Origin: Eledone cirrhosa
Taxonomy: Eukaryota
NCBI GenBank assembly: GCA_964016885.1
Contig: OZ024741.1
Location: 199,640,001-199,704,000, forward strand
DNA: 64,000 nt
Reading direction: 5' to 3'
Shown piece by piece: positions 50,373 through 64,000 of this stretch; position 1 is the stretch's first letter; the number at the start of each line of letters is the position of its first letter. The position numbers were made by a program, and so were the translations under genes. The notes beneath the pieces were generated by a model, which was given only the letters and a program-made list of their open reading frames with translations, had not been told where the DNA came from and did not search any database.

Positions 50373-51439
50373 TAATGGTTGCACCGTGGAATAAAACAAG
50401 GAAACATACGGCTTCAGAGAAGACACATAGAACACAATAGTATTAAGATGAGGGATGTATGGCGATGTGTTTGTTGGTGGTGTTGGTGGGGGTGAATGGT
50501 GCGACATGATATTTACACGATCTGATCTTACCATGGGTTACATGTTATAGAAGACAAATGTATTGAGATGAGGGACGGTGTGGAAAAGCAAATTTGGTTA
50601 TCCCTATATTGGATCAGGGTTAGTGTTTGGATATATATATATATATATATATGTATGTACATAGTTTAGAAATGTAAAGGAAACACAAACATAAAACAAT
50701 TCCCCTCTTCAGTTGTCTGCTATGTGTCGCTGATATTTCAACTCATTAAAGACAATATAGCTATCCACAGTGCGTTAATAACTTCAAGTAGTTATTAGGG
50801 AAGGAAAAGACAAAAAAAAAGAGACAATAGCAGAGAGAAAGAAAATAAACAGAAGAAAAAAAGAAAACATACCAATAGAGAGGAGGAAACACGAGACAGT
50901 AGTACATGTATGTAGCAGTAAGCAAGGGGAGAGAGGAAGAAGTTAAAAAGGTGACCTGGTGTAAACCCTGAGATGTTATTAACAGCATGAGAGAGAGCGA
51001 AGAGAAACATGTCTGATCTTAGTGAGAACAGGCGTAAAGAGGGAGAGATGAAAGAAAATTGAAGTAGTAAGGGAGCTGAGAGAGAGGGGATAGATGGTGG
51101 GAGAGAAAGAGGATAAGTGAGTGGGAGAGAAAGAGAGAAAAGGAGAGAAAGAAAGAGGGAGAAATGAAGGAAAAGAGTTAATCCAAATTGTAGGACTTAG
51201 TCCAAGACAGGGATAACAACAACAAGAGAGATGGAGAGAATAGAATGAAGGTCACAGCAATAAATTAATAAGAATTAAAAGGGACAAGGTGTTGTGTGGA
51301 TACTAATAAAGATTGTTTAGAAATGTAAGGGAAACAAACATAAGACAATATTAATTTATTGCTGTGACCTTCGTTCTATTCTGTCTATCTCGCTTGTTGT
51401 TGTTGTCCCAGTCTTGGGCAGTTTTTGTTTAAAGGCTTC

Positions 51440-52320
51440 TCTTCTAAGTGTACAGAGTGACTAATAGGAATTGCACCTAACAAGTTTTTATTATGGAGTA
51501 ATACATGTTTTAGACTCTTCTTTGGACTATCTATAAAGAGTCTCCATTAATGAGAATCATACTGTGGAGCAACATCACTTTTAACAGTCCCGTCACGTCA
51601 CATCAGTAAACAAAATCTTTTACAGTTTTAAAGAATGCCAAGAGATCTTTTTCCCTGTTTTGATAAAAGTTACATTTGTTTCTTTCTGCAGCATATTCTT
51701 CTCTTTAAGTCTAGAAGGTAACAATTCTGATAACTCTTTTGACAGGCCTAAGTTTCTAACTAAATCATTTAGTTCTGCCAGAATGAAGTGTTTACATACC
51801 TTGGTTGCTGTATCTACAAAGTCTGTATCACTGTTATGTTCATGATATTCATCTGATATACATATATCACTACCATCTTCCAGTGAAGGTAATTCTGTGT
51901 AAACGGGTACTGGTACTTCATATGAGTGAAGCACAGGACAAATTGCAGAATCCAGATATGGGTAACTTATTTTCTGTTGAATTTTCTTGCTATAACCAGA
52001 AGTCTTTGTAAGACAAAAGTAGCAATCTTCTGCATGGTTCTTTGGCTCCCACCATACCTTAAGAATGCCAAATGCTAGTTGTTTCCATTGGCATAGATTT
52101 TCGACACATGGTTTACATACATTGTGCAGGACCCACAATTTATCCTGATCACCAAGCTTAAGCTTAAAGTAAGCCAAGTAAGCTCTTTCCACAAATTCAC
52201 TAATGTCCATTCTTTGACGTGGTACTGTAAAACTACTGCATATGTAGCAAAAAAGTTAGGGGAATGCAAGCATTTACTTTGTAATGAAGCCATGCTACTG
52301 AACACCTGTCTTATTTCTTA
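51440..52320 (-). mobile_element. DNA transposase relic, probably CMC/Chapaev3-like
   Basis: GDQDKLW..H.VCKPC, WEPKNH..DCYFC, ELNDLVRNLGLSKE and WRLFIDS.K.SLK.VLLH; family assignment from memory, not from a search. Confidence 0.55.
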
Positions 52321-52799
52321 AAATCAATATAAAAAGAGGGAAAATAATTATTAGATATAATATATTTATATATCTAAGTGTATCTAGATAGATAAAGGGA
52401 TGTCTAAATACATAGATGAAATAAAATATCAACATAAATTATCATCTAACCCATGCCAGCGTGCAAAAATGGATGTTAAATGGTGATGATGATGATGATG
52501 ATGATGATCTCTTGTAGCTATGATAAAATACTTGACATGATAGAAAAAAGTATTGTCATTTTTAAACTCAGCATTCCCAAATTACTCCATGCTACCTGGA
52601 ACTATTTAGATAATTCATATAAAGATTAAAGCTGCAGTTTATCTCGCGAGAAGGGATATATATATATATAGATATATATAGTCAGCCGACCAGACACTGC
52701 CCACAACAGGACAACCCGTCTAACCCATGCTAGCGTGGAAGAACGGACGTAAAACGGTGATGATGATGATGATGAGTGCTAGCATGGTTAATTCTTATC

Positions 52800-54740
52800 C
52801 ATAACTGTAAATTGATTAAAGGCCAAGATTGATAAACTGATTGAGGAGAATGTGATTATGAAACTTGAGCTAATGGGATTAAAAGAAAGCGCTCAGTTTC
52901 ATAATAAAACAACAAGACTAAACATAGGAAGACTGTGAGAAAAAGGAAATAGACCTTTCAAAGCTGAGGGATAATTTGGTATGAAATAACTTTTGTTTCA
53001 ACGGCTTCGAAGAAAGTAAGGCCGAATAAACTTGAGCGGAGTCCAAAAACAAGCTACAGGCATTCTTCAAAGAGACTTTGGGGTTACAAAAAGAAATAAA
53101 AATTGAGCGGGGTCACTGCATGGGGAAGAAAGAGGCTGGCAAAAAGCAAATGATCATAGCTAAGTTCCTAGATTTTGAGGATCTTGAACATGTCTTGGAA
53201 ACATTCAGAGAACTGAAACAAAAAGCACCCAGTTCACACTGTAAGGTGGTCGTGTAGAAGACATGGTAAAAAGGCTCCTAGTCCACACTGTAAATGGGGT
53301 TGGTGTTAGGAAGGGCATCCAGCCATAAAAAACCTGCCAGAGACACTTCCATATGAGTGAGACACGGTCTCCCGATCAATCCTGCATCAAAACTGTCTAA
53401 CCCATGCTAGAGTGGAAGATGGACGTTAAACAATGATGATGGGGAGGAAGGGGAGGGATTCTCAAAAAAGACCTTGATTAAAGAACCAAAGAGTAAAGAA
53501 AATGCTGAATGAGAAGCAGAAATCGGACTAAACAAATATGTGAGTTTTTACCTTTTTATTGGACTCAAAAAAACGAGAAATGAGATGATAGGGACTGGGG
53601 TCTCTATCATCTCATTGAAAAGTGGTCGTGTAGGTAGCACCAACACTCACTGAAAATGAGGTTGGTGTTAGGAAGGGCATCCAGCTGTAGAAATCAAGCC
53701 AGAATCAGTTCCCGTCCCACCCTTGCAAGCAGGGAAAAGCGGACGTAAAATGAAATGATGATGATGATGATGATGATGCATGATGAAATAGATCCTGATG
53801 ATTTCGCAAATTCGTAACTTTCAGAATGTGTCATTGACACTCCTTTTAATGCGGAGATCTCATGTTCATTTAAATTCGAAAATTCACTGTCAATTTATTA
53901 TAAGTTTTAACATAAGATCTTTGTCAGAAAAGTTTGATGAATTGAAAATAGTTATCGGCTTTCCTTTTTAAATTTTCTGTTATTTGCCTTCAAGAAACTT
54001 GGGCAAAAGATGAAAAAGAGAGGATTTAGATCCAAAATATGAATTACCTGGCTATAAAGTTTTCATGTACCTCAATAATACAATATGAGAAGTGAGGGCC
54101 TCTGTAGGTATTTAATGAAAGATTTGGACAGCTATGAAACGGAAGAACTAAAATTAGTAATGAAGACATTGAAGCTCAATTTATTGAAGTAAAAAGAAAA
54201 AAATATATTTTACTTCAAAACATATATCAACCACCAAAAGGGAAAATGAAAGCTTTTAACCAAAATATATTTCCCACTGCTATTAGGCAGAAGCCAATAT
54301 TTATTTCTGGTGACATTAATCTCAACTTATTTGCATATGAAACATATCCAAAGGCTAGAAACTTTTTCCATAAAATGCATCAAAGTTAGCTTATGCCTTC
54401 CATCACTAATGTCACCCATGTAACAATCAAAAAAGTACTTACATTGACAACATAATCTTTAACTTAAGATGTTAGATTTGGCATTGAAAGTGCAAAAATC
54501 AGTGATCAATATCTAATCTTAGTAATAAAGGATATTCAGTGCAGCCCTAAAAATCCACCAAAGAAAGTAGTTAAAAAGAGGATATTCACACAAGAAAATT
54601 TAAATATTTTCAACAATGAGCTCAAAAATGTAATTGGATATCTGTTATCAACACATGTGACTCAAATAGATCTTATGAAAACTTTTTAGCTAATTTTGAA
54701 AGTCTTTGTAGTGAATATTTTTCTATAAAAGAAAGATTAA
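52800..54740 (+). mobile_element. Highly degraded CR1/L2-like LINE (ORF1 and APE remnants) with RTE/SINE insertions
   Basis: IERGH..G...IIAKF; NIRSL, QETW, YQPP, GDINLN and IDNI remnants. Confidence 0.55.
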
Positions 54741-57700
54741 GTGTTCCTTTTATATGAAAAGGATGATAGTTTTTTTTTTAACCATAATCCTTCTCAATGG
54801 CCTCACTTGCCTGATTAGCGCATTCTCAATAATAAACTACTTCATTCCATTCCTAAGAACTTTTTATTCTCTTCTTTGTAAATAGTGTATCATACTTTTT
54901 TCTTTTAAGCACCTTTTTTATATTCTAAATTTATACACAGCTTTTGAAATAAATGATCAGAAAAATAAATAAAATGGAGTGTATGATGCATGTATATGAA
55001 CAGCAAAGTTGCATGGCAGTGACACCTGGGCACTGTATGCAGAGGAACTACAAAGATTGGAAAGAAATGAAGTTTCCAAGCTTTTATGGATGTGTAATGG
55101 TAATATGTATGAACAGCAAAGCATAAATGAACTGAGAGAGAAACTGGGCATAAGAGGGATCAGATGCTGTGTGCAAGAGAGGGGAATGTGTTGTTATAGA
55201 CATGTGATGCATATGAAGGATGACAGCTGTATAAAAAGGAGCAGGGGGGCTTAAAGTCGATGGAAGCTATGAAGTAGGAAGACTTAGGATGAGGTGATAA
55301 AAGCTGACCTTGCACAATTGCAACTCTCAAAGGCGATGACACAGGACCGAGATCTCTGGTGTTATGCAGTAATACAGAAGACCCACCTTCTAATGTGCAT
55401 GGGTTGAAGCATACACCTTGTATGCCCTGCCTCCCTCTTCCCTCTTCCATACACCTCTACTTCCTAACACCTCTACCTTCATCCATGTCCCTCCCCTCTT
55501 GCACCTCGCACGTCCTAACACTCCACCCATGTCCAAACACTCTGCCCCCTTATATGACCATAGATTTACCTCCACCACCAAGTCCCCAGCCCACACTGTA
55601 AAGTAGTCGTGATGGTGACACAAGAAAAAGCACCCAGCCCACACTGTAAAGTGGTCGTGTAGGTATCACGACCAAAAGCACCCTAAAACCTGGGAAGTTT
55701 TGGAGTGAAGTATATCAAGAGCTTGCGACTGTGTCATAATAACTTTGACATTTCCTCACACCAATGCTCAAGTTGAAAGTCTATTCAGTAAAATGAACAA
55801 TATAAAATCAAAACTATTATATATAAAATGTCAATGAAGCTTTTGCATGCAATTATGTGCATAAATTTCAGTTTAATGTGTCATAACAAATATTGATGCA
55901 ACTATAAACTTCCATATAAAGTATGAGAGTCTTATCAACATATAGTAAAGGTACTACCTCAATGGACACAAAAATAAAGTCTGAACCATCTACAAGCTTG
56001 TGACATTGTTAACATTAATATAGTTGTAGTATGGATCATTCTTTCTTCAAGTGCTCTTTATTTTAACTTGATAAGTATTTGTGTATTGTGTATACATTTA
56101 TATTCTAGTTAAAATAATATGAAATCTAGCTAATTCTGGCTATAAATCATGCCATACATCATCATCATCATCATCATCATTGTTTAATGTCTATCTTCCA
56201 CGCTAGCATGGGTTTAGATGGGAATAGTCCCACTTGAGGCAAGATTGGCCGGGAGACCATGTCTCGCTCGTATAGGACTGTCTGGCAGGTTTTCTACGGC
56301 TGGATGCCCTTCCTAACACCAACCACGTTTACAGTGTGGACTGGGAGGTTTTTACCGTATTACCTACACGGCTACATTCAGCGTGGACTGTGTGTTTTTT
56401 TGTCATGACACCTGCACGACCTCATTTATTTTGGACTGGATGTTGAGGTACCAACATAACTTTACAGAGAGAGGGTGGTGTTGGTGGGGGTGGGGGTGGA
56501 GTAGCGGTAGTGGGATGGGGTGTGTATATTTGGTTAAGAGGTGCCTACTGACTGTAGGTTTTGCTTTGTACTTAGGCAAGGCGGGTCTTCTGTATTACGT
56601 AGCGCCAAAGATCTCGGTCAAGTGACATTGTCTTAGAGAGGTGTAAGTGTGTAAGGTCGGAATTTATCAAGTCGTCCCAGTTTTTTCTGGGGCTACCTAC
56701 TCCGTAACTTCCATCAATTTTGATCGCCCTGCACTTTTTTATACAGCTGTCGTCTTTCATGCGCATCACGTGACCATACCAACGTAATCTTCTCTCGAGT
56801 AAACAACATCTGTTCCTCTTATTCCTAATTTCTCAATTAGTTCATTTATTCTTTGCCGTTCGCGCTAGCTATAAAATGTTATTTGAGGTTGGCAACCCTA
56901 ATAATGGTTTCTACTTTTGGCACAAGGTCAGCAATTATCCCAGTAAATTACCGATGCTTTATTTTATCGACCCCGGGATTTGAACTCCGACCGTAAAGGA
57001 CCATAACTCTATGCTGCAAAGCATGGCGTCCGACCCTTTACCGATACTGCCAATTCACTAGGTTCGTTTCATTACGTGTCAGTCAAACAATTCATAATAA
57101 ATCATGCTGAGTTACATACCCTGAATAGACGGTTATCTTCCCTGTAAATAAACCTATCGTCTCTGCGAAACCGCTTATGGAATAATTTCAAGAGATATTC
57201 CTTTCACATTTCATCGTAGACTTTTTAAGCCATGGACAACACCCAGGTTAGTTTTTATGTTCTTTTATTTCTTTCATTGGATAATTAAATTATGATCACT
57301 GCGTGGGAAAGTAATTTTAGCAATATAAAAAACTGTTTTTTTACATTTAAATAAACGATAAATATATCTAAATATTTAATTAAGTTAACTGTCTTATTTG
57401 TTGTTTCTGTTTGGCTAAAATGACTCTTCCGCCGTTAAATTGCTTTGGCGTTAACAACGGTCAGAAAAGTACAACTCCGAAACAAAATAAGATGCTTTGT
57501 ATTACACGGTAAACTCGTGGACAAGCTGATCGCTTAGCCACGTAGTCAAAAGTATTTCCTATGAAGAACAGATAGTGTGTATGAAAACATTGATTAGTGA
57601 TCTCACCTTACAAAAGAAAGTACTCAATAGTTTGAGACAGCGGGGAATATATATATATATGTGTGTATATATATATATTGGGACTTGCCAGTTTAGACAA

Positions 57701-58299
57701 GTAAGACCATGTTCAGCTAAGTACTCGATACTGGAGAAAGTAGAGTGTATGTATTGTAAATTGTTAACGCCCGACAGCTGAGCTCGCGCTGTTCCGACCA
57801 GCGCTAATTATTTACAGCATCTATACACACACACACGCAAAACATCATACTCTATTGACTGGTATTACTCGCTGGAATCCATATCTTCACCACAAAAGAC
57901 TATTAACATTTCTATGAAAATCTCTTTATTTCCACTATTTCACAATAACACAAGATAAACTCACCAAGGATACATCAAATAGTCCTTAACACATGCCTTC
58001 AGTTGTAAAGGACTATTTGACGTATTCTTGAAGTTATAGGACTATCTGGCAGGTTTGCTACGGCTGGATGCCCTTCCTAACACTAGCCACGTTTACAGTG
58101 TGGACTGGGAGGTTTTTACCGTGTTACCTACACGGCCACATTACAGCGTGGGCTGTGTTTTTTGTCAGGACACCTACACGACTCACCAGCTATTAACTCA
58201 ATAAATTACAGATATTTAATTTTTCTGTATATTAAATATCTGTTTATTAATATAGGGAATTTGTTTCGCGAACGGTGGTGTCCCAATACACACGGATAT

Positions 58300-58860
58300 A
58301 TATCTTCCTTGCCCACTTATTCCTGGGAGGTTCGTCGGGCGAAGAGTCTTTAAACACTCCTTCCAGTGGGTCCTATCAGAAGCAACCGTTTCCAACTGAT
58401 CCGGCTGGATCCCCAAGGGAGACCAGCCAAGCTCGTGGATGTTATACAACCATCTCGCTTGGGATCTACCTCTGGATCTCCTGCCAATTGGTTTTGCCTG
58501 TAAAATCTGTCCAGCGATTCTTTCCTGAGACATTCTAACCACATGCCCATAGTATTGGAGCTGTGATCTCTCAATTCAGAGAAGTAGAGGCTCTACATAG
58601 ATCACACTATATCAAGTAACATTACTGCAAAGACCCTTCTGAGAAACCTAATTTCAGCCGCTTGTATCCGCAATTGTATTATTTCAGTCATTACCCAAGA
58701 TTCATGATAATAGGTAAGGTTGGCATGAATATTCAATTGAAGATAGCGAGTTTAGCTTTTATATCAGAAGAATTACTGCACCAGCTCCTGCAATTCTTGC
58801 ACTTAATTCAGCCACCACTTGTGAACATTGCCCTGAGATACTTGAACTTCTCAGTAGAAC
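58300..58860 (-). mobile_element. RTE-like LINE 3' fragment (third family)
   Basis: QYYGHVVRM...GRRSRGRSQARW. Confidence 0.7.
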
Positions 58861-60212
58861 TCCATAGGATCCATATATATAATATAATATATATATAATA
58901 ATTATTTGATCTCAAAAGCCAACTGCTTGCTAAATGGCAATATTCAACCAATTCAATTGATTTTCAACCACCTTAATTTGGTTTATATACTTTCTTTTTC
59001 CACACTTACATAATACAGTAGACTTATACTACTCTACACCATACCTTAATAGATATTACCATCTCAATATTACATAACCATACATCTGCTATAGCATACA
59101 AATACTAACATGTGTATGACTTGGCTATTTCAAATTTACATCTTGAAGTTATTTACCTTTGTTAAAACACGTTTTTCGTAAACTAGCGTTTCAGCACACC
59201 TTACTTTTAACTATCTTATAAATTCATATAAGCACCTGGAGATTAGGTCTCAATTTTGATCCGTCTTACATTCTGGAAATATGGTCAATATTGGGCCTTT
59301 AAACCTTAGGTGGTGCTTTTATTCCGTGTATGAGTATAAATAAATAATATAATATGATGATATTGTCTCGCTTTGAATCTTGTTAAAGCACATCTGAAAA
59401 AAACTTGTAGGGAAGCATATAGTTCTTCCAGTGAGGTAAACCTATATTAGTCGAGTATTTCCCATGATTTTGCATCCTATTTGAAATTCTTACTGTCTAT
59501 AATTGTTGATGTTGTCCTCATTGTAACTGATATATATATATATATCAGTTAATAATATGTGAAAATAAACTCAGATGATGCTGATCTTGAACCAATTCCC
59601 GATGGTCTCAGTATAAAACCATAAGTAAATTTTTGAAAAAATTCTTGAAAGAATTTTTAGATTTTTAAATATGTAACTATACGACCTTGAGATGAAGTTC
59701 TACCGGCTGAAACATGTTAATTTAAAAACGTATTTTTTCTTTGGTGCTTTTTATAAATATTATATAGAAGACCTGGGATGAGGTGATAAAAGCCAATTTT
59801 GCCCAATTGACCTCTCAAAGGCAATGACACAGGATCGAGACCTCTGGCGTTACAGAGTAATACAGAAGACCCAACTTCCCATGAGTACAAGCCGAAGCTG
59901 AAGTATATAGACAGTATGCGTCCACCCCCTCCCACAGTTAAGTGATCGTGTAGGTGTCACAACAAAAAGCACCCAGTCCACACTGTAAAGTGGTCATGTA
60001 GGCATCATGACAAAAAAGCACCCAGTACTCACTATAATTGAAGTTGGTGTTAGGAAAGGCATCCAGCTGTAGAAATCAAGCCAAAATCAATACTGTATGA
60101 GCAAGACATAGTCACCTGCCCTTTCATTGCCCACAACAGGACAACACATCTCACCCATGCTACTGTGGAAGAATGGACATAAAACAATGATGGTGATGAT
60201 TATATATATATA

Positions 60213-60588
60213 CAGTGTACCCCAGCATTTGTGGCCCTGGTTATTCACAGAATTTTCATTAGAACCTAACTAATAATTGTTTGTGGAAACTACCGTATAT
60301 TCGCGGAATCATAAATATCGTCTGTGATTATGATTATGGCTTTTTTCATGGCAATATATATACTTTTTAATGCTAAATTATTAATAGCAATATACCATAT
60401 TTGCTGGCCTATTGGATGCCCCTTCACATAAGACACTCCCTCTTTTTTTATTATATTTTACATTATATTTTGACTTGTATAGGCACTTGTATAGGTATTT
60501 TTATGGACCACATCTAATATTCGTGGTTTTACACTTATCGCTGATGCTCTAGGAACGTAAACCCCCGCGAATTCCAGGGGACAACTAT
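60213..60588. mobile_element. Possible Tc1/mariner (Tigger-like) MITE
   Basis: Imperfect TIRs cagtgtacccc.../...ggggacaacta, flanked by TA. Confidence 0.4.
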
Positions 60589-61688
60589 ATATATATAAGG
60601 GCATTAACTCTAACAAGGCTATATTAGAGTTAATACCCTTATTTTATCTTCCAGCTGAGCCAGTCGACACTCTATATGCAAATGTAGCTGATCAGCCCAT
60701 GTACATAGGCTTCTAAACTATATGTATTAGCTTATGTTAAGTTCCAGCAGTAAGCTGTTCGGGAGCGCTAGCTATATAATGACAAGAGTCAGGAATGATG
60801 ACATCATCATTGCTAACTGCCCTGTTGGAACACACTAGATGGCGTTGCGCCATCAGTTTTCAATTTCATTGCTGAAGGATTTCAAAATGTTTATTTATAA
60901 GCATACCATATATCACCAGATATACAAATTCATGTATTTATATATATAGCAAGATATTACTTAGGGATGTTGCGAGAGAGGATTTGATGATGTTGGTGTT
61001 GTGAATTGGTATTTGTCTGCTGTTTAGTGGTTTACGTTCATTGTGGTGTGGCAGTGTGTTTGTGGTAGTAAACTTTTGGCTTGATGGGTGTGATGCATGA
61101 GGCTGGTCTGTCCCATAGGAAACACTGTTTGATGTACCACATTGAATGAACAATAAACCATGACCACTACTTAAATAAATTTTATTAATGAATAACCTGC
61201 TAGGAGATTATTGATAATAACAGGAAAACAAGGCTGTGTTGTTGGTTGTGTATGAATGTGTGCAGAGAGTTTGAAAGGATGATATTCACAGTTGTGTATG
61301 GACTAACCATTGTTGAGGTGCTAGTGGGAGTAATGTTGCTTCGGCCCACTGACCAAAGCAAAAATTTATTGACTACATCGCTCTGCTTGCTAGAACAAAC
61401 TGCTTGTGTAGTGTCTCCTGTGAGAGATTAGAGCAGAATAAGATGATGAAACTAGTTATCTCAGATGAACCCCAGTTGAACATTTTCTCCAGATAAGCTG
61501 GCAATACAAATCCTGAAACAAAGGAAAAATGAACAGCTATGTGCTATAAAGTCAGCATATGTGGTCACTCTGCACTACTCAGCTAATATCAGAACAAGAG
61601 TTGAAATTGCTGCTACATATATATATATATAATATATATATATATACAAAATGTTAAAACAATCAAATTTTAGTTTAGAACATTTATT

Positions 61689-61735
61689 TGCTGACAATTG
61701 TTTCTTCCAGAGGGAAGTCTGGAATCATCGGAGCA
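61689..61735 (-). ncRNA. Minimal hammerhead motif, U4C variant
   Basis: tgct-CCGATGA-ttccaga-cttccc-tctggaa-GAAA-caattg-TC-agca: 7-bp stem II, palindromic stem III, GUC triplet. Confidence 0.6.
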
Positions 61736-62625
61736 TAGGGAATGTCGAAACATATAACTAAAATCCTAGTCATTTAAAACATTTAGGGTACATAATTGTT
61801 TTTAGTGTCAAAGGCAACATGTGGAGAGTCAGGAGTTAAAAAGATGTTCTGCTTGAAAGAACACAATTACAGGCAGCACTGGTTGAAAGTGTAAGATGTA
61901 TAAGCGAAAAGCACAAGCCAAAAAATACAGGCAAAAAAGTTACAAGCAAGGAAAATTGGTGTACAATGCAGGAGTCAATACAGTCAATAATGCATGTATG
62001 AGGAAAGAGTTATAATGCAGTTGAAATAAACATATTTTGTGTGGGGTATTAAATCATGTTATAATTGTTATAAATGTTTAAGATAGTGTGCAATTTGTTA
62101 GAGAGGCATGTGGTGATAATGCAGGTATTTGTTATGTAAGGTGTAATGCGATAGAGTTGTGATAAACACTTGAATGAAAATCACATATCCAACTCTATCA
62201 CATACTTTGCATGACACCTTACATAACAAATACCTGCCTACAGTCAGTAGGCACCTCTTAATCAAATATACACCCCCATCCCACTACCCTAACTCCCCCA
62301 CCCCCATCAACACCACCCCTTTCAATGTAAAGTTATGTTGGTACCACAACATCCAGTCCTAAATAAATGAGGTCATGTAGGTGTCACGACAAAAAAACAC
62401 AGTTCACGCTGTAATTTGGCTGTGTAGGTAATACGGTAAAAACCTCCCAGTCCACACTGTAAACGTGGTTGGTGTTAGGAAGGGCATCCAGCCGTAGAAA
62501 ATCTGCCAGACAGTCCTATACGACCGAGATGACCAATCTTGCCTCAAGTGGGACAATTCCCGTCTAAACCCATGCTAGCGTGGAAGATAGACATTAAACG
62601 ATGATGATGATATATATATATATAT

Positions 62626-63550
62626 ACGATGCCTGCATACGAACAGCAATGCTGCATGGCAGTGAGACCTGGGCATTGTGTGCAGAGGATATACGCAAAC
62701 TAGAGAGGAACGAAGCTTGCATCCTCCGCTGGATGTGCAATAGTAATATACGTGAACGGCTAAGCATAAACGAACTAAGGAAAAAATTAGAAATAAGAGG
62801 GATCAGATGTTGTTTACTCGAGAGAAGGCTACGTTGGTATGGTCATGTGATGCGCATGAAAGACGACAGCTGTATAACAAAGTGCAGGGCAATAAAGATA
62901 GACGGTAGCCACGGAGTAGGCAGACCCAGAAAAACCTGGGACGAGCTGATAAATTCCGACCTCACACGCTTACACCTCTCCAAGACAATGTCACTGGACC
63001 GAGACCTTTGGCGGTACTCAGTAATAGAGAAGACCCGCCTTACCTAAATACATAGTAAAACCTACTACAGTCAGTAGGCATCTCTAACAAAATACTCCCC
63101 GTCCCACCACCCCCACCCCATCCACACCGCCCCTTTCAATGTAAAGTTATGTTGGTGCCACAACATCCAAGCCGAAACAAATGAGATCGTGTAGGTGTCA
63201 CGACAAAAAAACACACAGTCCACGCTGTAATGTGGCCGTGTAGGCAACACGGTAAAAACCTCCCAGTCCCACACTGTAAATGTGGTTGGTGTTAGGAAGG
63301 GCATCCAGCCGTAGAAAACCCGCCAGACAGTCCACGCTGTAATGTGGCCGTGTAGGCAACACAGTAAAAACCTCCCAGCCCCACACTGTAAATGTGGTTG
63401 GTGTTAGGAAGGGCATCCAGCCGTAGAAAACCCGCCAGACAGTCCTATGCGAGCAAGACAACCACTCTTGCCTCAAGTGGGAAACCCCCGTCCAAACCCA
63501 TGCAAGCGTGGAACACGGACGTTAAACGTTGATGATGATGATGATGATGA
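62626..63550 (+). mobile_element. RTE LINE 3' end, open frame, with an internal ~100-bp UTR duplication
   Basis: LHGSETW...RRLRWYGHVMRM...GRPRKTW; (GAT)n tail. Confidence 0.9.
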
Positions 63551-64000
63551 CAAGTCAGCAGCAACGTAGTAAGTAAGGCAATCAAAGATATGAAGATGAG
63601 GAAGGCAACCGGTCCATCGGGTATAGCTGCCGAGATGCTGAAGGCATCTGGGTCTGTAGGTCACACTATAACCACACGTATTGTTAACAGGTAATACTAG
63701 AAGGTGTCATACCAAAAGATTGGTGCAGTAGCATCATTGTCAACTGCTACAAAGGTAAAGGCGATGCACTAGATAGAGGAAACTATAGAGGTATAAAGTT
63801 GATGGACCAGGTCATGAAAGTAACAGAAAGAGTTATAGCACAGTTGATTAGGGACCGGGTGAAAATAGACGAGATGCAATTTGGGTTTGTACCAGGAAGA
63901 GGCACCACTGATGCCCTCTTCCTTGTGAGGCAGTTACAGGAAAAGTACCTAGCTAAAAGTAAGCCACTCTACTTGGCATTTGTCGACCTTGAGAAAGCCT
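63551..64000 (+). mobile_element. RTE RT fragment running off the window end
   Basis: YKGKGDALDRGNYRGIKL...FVDLEKA. Confidence 0.85.

Noticed and set aside
50373-50534. N-terminal 55 aa of the 799-aa ORF
   Set aside because: It derives from an inverted duplication plus flanking DNA; PLE-like sequence starts near MEKHYIGMSLRNIPIP.

Overview
Very AT-rich, repeat-dominated animal DNA, not prokaryotic. It has dense (TA)n/(CA)n/(GAT)n microsatellites, two tRNA-derived SINE families, many RTE LINE fragments, Dong/R4 and CR1/L2-like LINE remnants, Penelope-like elements (PLEs, Neptune- and Naiad-like), two Gypsy remnants, nested non-autonomous Helitrons, MITEs and a Chapaev-like transposase relic. 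The repeat landscape resembles an octopus/coleoid cephalopod genome (inference). Only one intact non-TE gene is visible: an uninterrupted 661-aa secreted M4 (thermolysin/vibriolysin/pseudolysin-type) zinc metalloprotease at 6460-8445 (-). It has bacterial domain architecture but eukaryotic features (furin-type RAKR site, 10 N-glycosylation sequons, AATAAA, possible 5'UTR intron), so it is a candidate domesticated horizontally acquired gene. A second theme, read directly from the DNA, is about a dozen minimal hammerhead-ribozyme motifs. Several have intact cores and several carry a compensatory U3-A8 core; many sit in TA-flanked fold-back elements that look PLE-derived. Most short ORFs in the track are microsatellite artefacts. 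Repeat boundaries were placed by eye and are approximate.
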